Positions 57,281 through 64,000 of a stretch of DNA of 64,000 nt are shown piece by piece (within the stretch, counting starts at the first letter, position 1; every line of letters begins with the position of its first letter). The stretch is from an uncultured Pseudomonadales bacterium (GTDB taxonomy: Bacteria > Patescibacteriota > Microgenomatia > UBA1400 > PJMF01). The notes under the pieces were generated by a model. The model saw nothing but the letters and a program-made list of their open reading frames with translations, did no database searches and had not been told where the DNA came from. The DNA is taken from assembly GCA_964637295.1 (NCBI GenBank), contig CAZWWE010000001.1:188312-252311 (forward strand), read 5' to 3'. The translations under genes and the position numbers were made by a program.

Positions 57281-57447
57281 AACTTAGTCCTTTAATATAA
57301 GACCATTTGCAGGAGCTGACTGCTAAACATCAATAAGCAATAATGTTTATAGACAGCGACTGCAATGAGTGTAGAAGAAGATTGTTAACTTAAATAAGCT
57401 AATAATTTTCATCTAACGTGTCTTATGTTAAAGGACTAAGTTTTGAT
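57277..57447. repeat. Intergenic palindromic element between the thiolase and DUF35 genes: a 28-bp terminal inverted repeat with 1 mismatch flanking 116 bp
   Basis: ATCAAAACTTAGTCCTTTAATATAAGAC (57277-57304) pairs with GTCTTATGTTAAAGGACTAAGTTTTGAT (57420-57447). The interior shares GCTGACTG, AAGCAATAA and ACAGCGACTGCAATGAG with the 48599 element. Confidence 0.7.
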
Positions 57448-58551
57448 TCCCAAGATATTAACTATTGCCGTCGCGCCACTGCCGCCAACATTATGGGCAA
57501 GCGCCTTGTCAAATTGACCAGCTTCAATTGATGATGCCAAAAAAGCCACCTGTTTTACACCAGTGGCTCCCACTGGATGCCCACAAGCCTTGAGCCCACC
57601 AGAAGGGTTGACTACTACTAAACCATCATAAGTGGCTTGACCTTCAGCAATAGCCTTAGCAGCCTGACCTTTGCTAAAAAAGCCAAGATCTTCAGTGGCT
57701 AGAATTTCAGCAATACTAAAACAATCATGTACTTCAATGGCTTGAATATCTTTTTGACTCAAACCAGCCTGATTAAAGGCTTGCTTAGCTGCTTTTTGTG
57801 TGGCTACTAATTTTCCTAAGTCTTGGCGGTCTTGCAGTGCCAATGTATCTTGGGCATGACCAAAACCTAAAATTTGCGTTTTACGATTGGATTTTTTACT
57901 ACTTAGAATCACCGCTGCTACTCCATCACTAATTGGCGAACAATCTAAAAGTCTAAGCGGCGAAGCAACTATCGCAGAATTAGCAACATCTTCGAGAGTA
58001 AATTTTTTATGAAATTGAGCCTGGGGATTACTAAAAGCATGCAGGTGATTTTTAACCACCACGCTAGATAATTGCTCTCGAGTCGTTCCATAGTGATGCA
58101 TGTGATAATCGGCTAAAACTGCATAAAGCGCTGGAAAAGTCGAACCGTATTCCTTTTCTCTACTAGCCGCTGTCGCCAAAATAGCGCTAGCTTGACTACC
58201 AGAAACATCAGTCATTTTTTCTACTCCCAAAACCAAAACTGTCTTGTATAAACCGCTGAGTAAAGCTTGTTGCGCTGCCACTACTGCCAAGCCACCAGAG
58301 GCACAAGCCCCTTCGACGCGCATCGCCGGCGGAAAATGAGCAAATTGTTCACTGACTAAAGCCCCCAAATGTCTTTGTTCATTAAAACTGCCACTGGCCT
58401 TGTTAGCGACAAAAATTGCTTCAATTTCTGAAGGATTGATTTGTGCATCAGCCAAAACACCGCTCACACCTTCTTTAATCAAATCGGTTAAACTTTTTTC
58501 CCAAAGTTCCCCAAATTTACCGATGTAGTTACCAATTATTTTAATGTTCAT
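57436..58551 (-). CDS. Archaeal-type acetoacetyl-CoA thiolase (thiolase-like / SCP-x family)
   Basis: 371 aa with the catalytic Cys in EGACASGG and the C-terminal motif GHPVGATGV. Confidence 0.75.
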   Translation of the reverse strand: MNIKIIGNYIGKFGELWEKSLTDLIKEGVSGVLADAQINPSEIEAIFVANKASGSFNEQRHLGALVSEQFAHFPPAMRVEGACASGGLAVVAAQQALLSGLYKTVLVLGVEKMTDVSGSQASAILATAASREKEYGSTFPALYAVLADYHMHHYGTTREQLSSVVVKNHLHAFSNPQAQFHKKFTLEDVANSAIVASPLRLLDCSPISDGVAAVILSSKKSNRKTQILGFGHAQDTLALQDRQDLGKLVATQKAAKQAFNQAGLSQKDIQAIEVHDCFSIAEILATEDLGFFSKGQAAKAIAEGQATYDGLVVVNPSGGLKACGHPVGATGVKQVAFLASSIEAGQFDKALAHNVGGSGATAIVNILGIKT

Positions 58552-59626
58552 GCTGACTCCTCATTTTTTGATAATTGGCAAGATCAATCGTCTGCAAAAC
58601 AGCAATTTGCTCTGCAAGCATTTTGCGAAATTTTTTTCTTTGGGCAACTAGATAGCTAGTCGTTTCAAACAAAAAGGCATCGGCTCCAGCTCCAGAGCCA
58701 TAAGAACAAATTAAAATTTTACTTTTAGCGGGAGCAATATCTAAAACTGCACACAAAGCTAAAAGCGAAGCCGCCGCATAAGTGTTGCCAATTTCCTTCA
58801 CAATCAAAGATGGCGCCAATTGCTCTTTAGTAAAACCCAATTGTTTAGCGACCTGCTCTGGAAACTTGGCATTGGGGGTATGAAAAACACAAAAATCTAT
58901 CTCTGCTGGCTGTAAATTAACTTCCTCTAACAAAGCTTTGGTTGCCATGGTTACATGCTTAAAATAGGCAGGTTCACCAGTAAATCTACCAAAGTGTTGC
59001 GGATAAGCTTCTTTGGGTTTACGCCAAAAATCTGGAGTGTCGGTTGCCACTGATTTAGTGGCCAGCAATTCAGCTAATAGTTGATTGCCATTTACTTCGC
59101 TACCAAGAATGAAGGCGGCGGCGCCCGCCGCCGCCGTATATTCCAAAGCGTCGCCGGGGCGAGCTTGAGCTGTATCAGCACCAATCGCCATCGCACTTTT
59201 TGACATGCCTGCTTGCACATAAGCAGCAGCGATTTGCAGCGACTGTGAACCTGCTTTGCAAGCAAATTGTAAATCTGCCATACTCAAAAAATCACTCAAA
59301 CCCAAAGCGGTTTTGGCTACTGTTCCAGAAGGTTTCACGGCATAAGGATGACTTTCGCTACCAATAAAAAGCGTGCCAATATCATTGACTATTCCCCCAT
59401 TAGCTAAAAACCGATCAAGAGCAATTTTGCCTGCACTAGTTGCCAAAGTAATCGTGTCTTCATCAACACTTGGCACAGTTTTAGAGATTACGCCAAGTGA
59501 TTTTGCTAAATCATTATTTTTACCCTGACTTTCTGCAATCGTGCTGGTCAAAACTTTTTGTTTTGGCAAAGCTGCCCCGTAAGCAACAATCCCCACTCGA
59601 TTTTTGTTTATTTTAGAGTTTTTCAT
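58541..59626 (-). CDS. mvaS: Hydroxymethylglutaryl-CoA synthase, short archaeal-type
   Basis: 361 aa with a thiolase-fold condensing-enzyme pattern. The active-site Cys lies in FACKAGSQSL. It is coupled to the thiolase gene with an 11-nt overlap. Confidence 0.7.
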   Translation of the reverse strand: MKNSKINKNRVGIVAYGAALPKQKVLTSTIAESQGKNNDLAKSLGVISKTVPSVDEDTITLATSAGKIALDRFLANGGIVNDIGTLFIGSESHPYAVKPSGTVAKTALGLSDFLSMADLQFACKAGSQSLQIAAAYVQAGMSKSAMAIGADTAQARPGDALEYTAAAGAAAFILGSEVNGNQLLAELLATKSVATDTPDFWRKPKEAYPQHFGRFTGEPAYFKHVTMATKALLEEVNLQPAEIDFCVFHTPNAKFPEQVAKQLGFTKEQLAPSLIVKEIGNTYAAASLLALCAVLDIAPAKSKILICSYGSGAGADAFLFETTSYLVAQRKKFRKMLAEQIAVLQTIDLANYQKMRSQHEH

Positions 59627-59630
59627 GTAA

Positions 59631-60803
59631 TTATCTTGCTAAACGCTGATGAGCGCTGGCTAAACTATGGTTACTAAGGGCTGCTAAGCCAGAAATTTCG
59701 GCCGCCAATACACCCGCTGCGAGAATTGTGACTAGTTGCGATGCGCTAAGATCTTTTTGATCTTTTGTAATGAGATTTCGTAATTCTTTTTGCGCAGGCA
59801 AGTTTGTTCCTCCACCAACACTACCCAGTGGCAAATCTGGGAGATTGACGGCAACATACAAACCTTTTTCTTCATTTTCTACAATCGTAGTTCCTTGACT
59901 GGCTTCTACGATATGAGCCAAATCTTGGCCAGTGGCCATATAAAAAGCTGCCGCTACATTGGCAAACTGCATATTGGCTGAATTAGAACCCGCTATTTGA
60001 GAACCAAGCACATTCTTGGCTTGATGAGTTCTTAAAAAATCCCTAGCATTTGTTTTTAAAACATTTTGCAAAATCTCTTCATTTAAAAAAATCTCTGCTT
60101 GGGCACTATAGCCTCTACCTAATAATTGATTGATGAATGATACTTTTTTATCTGTGCAAACATTACTAGACAAAGCCAGCATTTCTATGCCCTTATATTG
60201 ACTGAGAAACTCTTCCCAAAGTTTCTGCAGGGCGATGGTCACCATATTCATACCCATCGCTTCATCAGTTAAAAAACTAAAACGTACATAAACATTGCGG
60301 CCTCTGACCAAACTCATTAGTTTAATAAATTTAAGATGCGAGCTGGTTTTTTCGGTAATTTGACGAATTTTGGCACTGGTTTTGACTTCTTCCAAATATT
60401 GGGCAAAGGCAAAAGCTTCATTGCCACTTCTAAAAGCAAAAACTGGAGCTCGAGTTATTCCAAAATTGGTCACTCTGACTTGTGCTCCGCCAGCTTGATT
60501 AATGACTTTCAGACCTCTATTGACGCTGGCCACAAGTGCTCCTTCGCTGGTCGCCAAAGGCACAAAGTATTCGGCTGTTTTTTGTTGCTCAATAATTTTG
60601 ACTGGCCCAGCCAAGCCAACCGGCAACGCCACTGCACCCACCATGTTTTCGCAATTTTTTTGATTAGCTTGGGATAATTCAGGATTAACTGCAAAAAGAT
60701 GAGTAAAAACACCTTTTTTCCATTCTTTTTGCAATTGTTCTTGACGCTTTTTAATCATTTCCAGATCAGAAAGCTCTTTTTGATTTTTGACAAAAAACGA
60801 CAT
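59631..60803 (-). CDS. mvaA: HMG-CoA reductase, soluble catalytic domain only
   Basis: 390 aa carrying ENMVGAVALPVGLAGPVKI and the DAMGMNMV motif. Confidence 0.8.
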   Translation of the reverse strand: MSFFVKNQKELSDLEMIKKRQEQLQKEWKKGVFTHLFAVNPELSQANQKNCENMVGAVALPVGLAGPVKIIEQQKTAEYFVPLATSEGALVASVNRGLKVINQAGGAQVRVTNFGITRAPVFAFRSGNEAFAFAQYLEEVKTSAKIRQITEKTSSHLKFIKLMSLVRGRNVYVRFSFLTDEAMGMNMVTIALQKLWEEFLSQYKGIEMLALSSNVCTDKKVSFINQLLGRGYSAQAEIFLNEEILQNVLKTNARDFLRTHQAKNVLGSQIAGSNSANMQFANVAAAFYMATGQDLAHIVEASQGTTIVENEEKGLYVAVNLPDLPLGSVGGGTNLPAQKELRNLITKDQKDLSASQLVTILAAGVLAAEISGLAALSNHSLASAHQRLAR

Positions 60804-60866
60804 TACTCTTTAATAGTCGCAAAATTACTTAGAAATCATGCAAAAAAGACTAAGAACGAGCGTGAA

Positions 60867-61424
60867 TTAGTTAAAAAAAAGAGCAGTGCTTACTTCATTG
60901 ATTGCTTGTTGAAGAAGGACTTGTTCGTTTTGATTCATTTTCATTAACACGTAATTACTGGGTTCTATATTGCGATTTCCACCTCGACCATCAACGCCCA
61001 AACGCAGGTGCCAAAAATTTTTGTGCCCCAAGTGTTTGTAGATCGAATTTAAACCATTGTGAACTTTGGGGCCTTTAGCTTTTTGTAACTTATATTGTCC
61101 CAAGTCCAAATCAAGGTCATCGTGAGCAACAATTAGATGATTGCCTTCGTCTTCTTCAAGAAAATCACTGTAAAAATAACTGAAAAAATGATGTAAAACC
61201 ATGCCTGAGTTATTCATAAAAGCCAGTGGTTTGATCAGGCAAAGATCTTCGGCTACACCGTTTTGTAGAATTTCTGCTTTCACATAAGCCAATTCAAATT
61301 TTTTCTCAAATTGTAATTTTAAGGAAAGTTTTTGTGCTAAAGCATCAATAAAAATAAAGCCAGCATTGTGCCGCGTATTTTCATATTCTTTGCCTGGATT
61401 TCCCAAACCAACAATGACTTTCAT
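60867..61424 (-). CDS. pth: Peptidyl-tRNA hydrolase
   Basis: The ORF runs to 61475. The likely start is MKVIVGLGNPG at 61424. The GLGNPGKEYENTRHNAGF motif is present. Confidence 0.9.
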   Translation of the reverse strand: MKVIVGLGNPGKEYENTRHNAGFIFIDALAQKLSLKLQFEKKFELAYVKAEILQNGVAEDLCLIKPLAFMNNSGMVLHHFFSYFYSDFLEEDEGNHLIVAHDDLDLDLGQYKLQKAKGPKVHNGLNSIYKHLGHKNFWHLRLGVDGRGGNRNIEPSNYVLMKMNQNEQVLLQQAINEVSTALFFN

Positions 61425-61464
61425 AATTTCACTTAAGTTAAGGAAAGTATATAATAACCAGATT

Positions 61465-62577
61465 ATGAAAACCATCGGGATCTTTACTAGTGGTTACGGA
61501 CACGAAAGCATTGCTGACGCCATTGCTGAAAAAATTGCACTGCAAACAGAGAAAAAATATCGGGTAAAAAAATATTTCCGTCCGGAAATTCTAGGCTTTG
61601 CCTATAATTCTGTTTATAAATTTATTCCCGAATCTATGGGACCACCTTTTCACCTCAGTTCAAAGGTTTTACAAAAAGATAAAAGCATTCGTCAATTTTT
61701 AGAAAATTTATTTGTTGTTAACACTGAAAAATTGATTCGTAATTTTGTGAAAAAAAACAAAATTGATCTTTGTATCAGCACTTATTTTGGTTGCAATCCT
61801 GTCTTAGAAAAACTGCAAGCAGAAAACATTCCTTTGATTAATGTCATCACCGATCCTCGCACCGCCCACTCTTTAATTGTCACCGATAAGGCAAAGCTGC
61901 AATTAGTCTTTGATCAACATATTTTAAATAACTATCAAACAAAAAACATGATTTGTTCTGGCTGGTTTGTCAGAAAAAAATTTGAAGAAGATTATGATCA
62001 GGCTCAAATTAGAAAAAAGCTCAAGCTCAGCGATGAGCTAACTTTTTTATTGGTTTCTGGTTCGCAAGGTTCCAATACTATTTTGAAAATTTTACCAAGC
62101 ATTATTAATTGTGAGCGCGCCGTTAACTTCGTGGTAGCCTGTGGAAAAAACAAGTTTTTATACAATAACATCTTGGGTATTAAAAAAAGCTTGAGCAAAC
62201 TTAGCTCATCTAAAGCTAAAATTATTCCTCTTGCCTACACTAAAGATTTACATTTGTACATGCAAGCTGCCGACATGGTCATTGGTAAAGCTGGACCAAA
62301 TACTCTTTTTGAAAGTATTGCTTGCGAGACTGCTTTTTTTGCCATTACCCACATTCATGGCCAAGAAGATGGCAATCTCGATATCATTCGAGATTATCAA
62401 ATCGGCATCGTAGAAGAAAACGTCAAAAAAGCTAATCAAGAATTAGAAAAATTAATTCAACACCCAGAAAAAATTAAGGCTTTTACGCCTGCTATTAAAA
62501 AGTTAAAAAAATACAATCAAAACGCCATTAATGTTTTGCTAAAACAAATGGATTTGCTTCTAAAAACCAAAACTTAA
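61465..62577 (+). CDS. GT28-family glycosyltransferase (MGDG synthase / UgtP-like glycolipid synthase)
   Basis: The ORF starts at a TTG at 61366. The likely start is MKTIGIFTSGYGHESIADAI at 61465. A GT-B C-terminal half is present. Confidence 0.5.
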   Translation: MKTIGIFTSGYGHESIADAIAEKIALQTEKKYRVKKYFRPEILGFAYNSVYKFIPESMGPPFHLSSKVLQKDKSIRQFLENLFVVNTEKLIRNFVKKNKIDLCISTYFGCNPVLEKLQAENIPLINVITDPRTAHSLIVTDKAKLQLVFDQHILNNYQTKNMICSGWFVRKKFEEDYDQAQIRKKLKLSDELTFLLVSGSQGSNTILKILPSIINCERAVNFVVACGKNKFLYNNILGIKKSLSKLSSSKAKIIPLAYTKDLHLYMQAADMVIGKAGPNTLFESIACETAFFAITHIHGQEDGNLDIIRDYQIGIVEENVKKANQELEKLIQHPEKIKAFTPAIKKLKKYNQNAINVLLKQMDLLLKTKT

Positions 62578-62585
62578 CAAAAGAA

Positions 62586-64000
62586 TTAAGTGGCAATGTG
62601 AATTGAGGACAACTCTTCCACAGTTGTTGTTTCTTCGAAGCTCTTGTCGTATCGAATTTTTACCAATCGAGGAAAACGCAAGGCTACACCAGCAGTGTGA
62701 ATTGGTGATTTACTAATTTCATCAGCCGCAATTTCTAAAACAATTTTTGGCATCAACCAAAAATCTGGGCTCAAATTTTTATCAACATCATAAATCACTG
62801 GTTTTTGATTATTAACACTCAAATTTTGGTCAGCAATTTGTTTAATTTCGCGAAATTGAGCATCAGTTAAACCGGTACCAATTTTTGACAAACTTTTTAC
62901 CACCAATTCACCAGCCTGATTTTTGGCTAGCACACCCACCAATAATGCTCCAATGCCAAAAGCTTGTCTTTTACCTTTGCCCACATAATAACCCAACATC
63001 AAACAATCAATGGTATCAGATAGCTTGCCCTGACTGCCTTCTTCTTCTTTAATTTTGACCCAACGCCAAGATTTACGACCAGAAACATAGCCGGAATTTT
63101 TTTGCTTCATCACTGCCCCTTCCAAACCCAGCTGTAATTGCTGTTCATGGAAAGCTTTGAGTTTTTGTGGATCGTTGATTAATAAATAACTAGTTTTTTT
63201 AATCAATGCCGAATCTTGCAAGATGGTTGCTAATTTAGCTTTGCGATTAATTAAGTTTTCGTCAATTAAAACCTGACTGTCAAGCAAAAGTAAATCGAAA
63301 GCGTAAAAACAAATTGGCACTTCTTTGGCTTTCATTCCAATGTCATGTTTGCGTTTGCGCTGAATTGTTTCTTGAAAAGCCAAAAATTTGCCAGTTTGTT
63401 GATCAACTCCAATGGCTTCAGTGTCCAAAATACAATTTTTAACTTTCAGTGTTTTGACCACTGCTGCCAATTCGGGAAACATGTGCGTTACATCTTCCAA
63501 GTTTCTGGTAAAAGCTTTATATGGCAAGCCATTATCTGTAAACTTGTCTTTATTAACGTGAATTTGTACTCTCAAACCATCGTATTTGGGCTCAGCGACC
63601 ACCTCGCCCATTTTTTCAATAATTTCTTGAGCGCTATTTAAGCGCTGGCAAAGAACAGGCAAAACTGGAATGCCAACTTCTACTTGATAATGCTTGAGTA
63701 ATTCTGCGCTGCTTAGCTCGCGATATTCAATCAGATAAGCCGTCGCTAATTTGCCCAAATCAGCTTTTTTATAAAAAGCTTTTTCCAAATTGGCACTATC
63801 ATTTTTAGCATTAGTTTTGACAAAAGATAAAGCATCTATCAAGGTCATGGTTGAAAAACCCAATCTCATTTTGGACAAAATGATGCGGCTCACATATTTG
63901 GCAGACAAAGGATCTAGTTTCTCTAAAAGCGCAGCCAATAAAATCATTTTTTTATCTTGAGAACCAAGCCCTGATGTTTTAGCTAATTCACTTAGCGCAG
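62586..64000 (-). CDS. ATP-dependent DNA ligase; the N-terminus runs past the right edge of the window
   Basis: The motif I segment is EPKYDGLRVQIH, which contains the catalytic KxDG. LEGAVMKQ and RWVKIK are also present. The reading frame stays open upstream of the Met at 63947 to position 64000 (..ALSELAKTSGLGSQDKK-MILLAALL..). Confidence 0.8.
   Translation of the reverse strand, partial: ALSELAKTSGLGSQDKKMILLAALLEKLDPLSAKYVSRIILSKMRLGFSTMTLIDALSFVKTNAKNDSANLEKAFYKKADLGKLATAYLIEYRELSSAELLKHYQVEVGIPVLPVLCQRLNSAQEIIEKMGEVVAEPKYDGLRVQIHVNKDKFTDNGLPYKAFTRNLEDVTHMFPELAAVVKTLKVKNCILDTEAIGVDQQTGKFLAFQETIQRKRKHDIGMKAKEVPICFYAFDLLLLDSQVLIDENLINRKAKLATILQDSALIKKTSYLLINDPQKLKAFHEQQLQLGLEGAVMKQKNSGYVSGRKSWRWVKIKEEEGSQGKLSDTIDCLMLGYYVGKGKRQAFGIGALLVGVLAKNQAGELVVKSLSKIGTGLTDAQFREIKQIADQNLSVNNQKPVIYDVDKNLSPDFWLMPKIVLEIAADEISKSPIHTAGVALRFPRLVKIRYDKSFEETTTVEELSSIHIAT

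Overview
This 64 kb window is an AT-rich stretch of bacterial chromosome, about 35% GC by eye. Its features are consistent with a small-genome bacterium of the CPR/Patescibacteria type, though that placement is inference only. The standard genetic code is in use: TGA and TAG terminate recognisable genes such as lepA and pgk.

Left to right, the window holds:
- **Cell-surface operon (1-10200, minus strand).** A giant surface protein of at least 1629 aa that runs off the left edge. The supplied ORF track misses it because it is truncated by the window. It lies downstream of an Ig/FN3-domain surface protein, a small membrane protein, PilO-like and PilN-like genes, and murJ.
- **Housekeeping genes.** rpsT with a near-consensus promoter, then lepA.
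- **Membrane and secreted proteins**, including a membrane-anchored C39-like cysteine peptidase.
- **Partial rRNA operon** on the minus strand: tRNA-Ala(UGC), 23S and 5S, with no 16S. A VirD4/TraG-like P-loop ATPase sits immediately upstream.
- **Glycan-assembly locus of about 23 kb (26.5-49.7 kb).** It carries a small phosphoglycosyl transferase, a DegT-like aminotransferase, a cupin, a methyltransferase, GT2, GT4 and GT26 transferases, two GT-C-like polytopic proteins, two Wzy_C-type ligase/polymerase proteins and the Wzm/Wzt ABC exporter. rpsA and pgk interrupt it.
- **Three cysteine-rich secreted or surface proteins**, one with a perfect 189-bp tandem duplication.
- **tRNA-Ile with a genomic UAU anticodon.**
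- **Archaeal-flavoured mevalonate operon**: HMG-CoA reductase, HMG-CoA synthase, an archaeal-type thiolase, a DUF35 OB-fold protein, two GHMP kinases and a diphosphomevalonate-decarboxylase-family enzyme.
- **Right edge**: pth, a GT28/MGDG-synthase-like transferase and an ATP-dependent DNA ligase that runs off the window.

The two features I think most deserve follow-up are these:
- **A shared N-terminal anchor module.** Four surface proteins carry it: a conserved juxtamembrane motif SKQxQDxRQxA, plus a CNG..W.N..CY disulfide motif in two of them.
- **A family of roughly 160-bp intergenic palindromic elements.** Each has 23-28 bp terminal inverted repeats with compensatory changes between copies and shared interior motifs. 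One sits between wzm and wzt, one between the thiolase and DUF35 genes, and one in the rRNA leader. A collapsed hairpin copy is also present.
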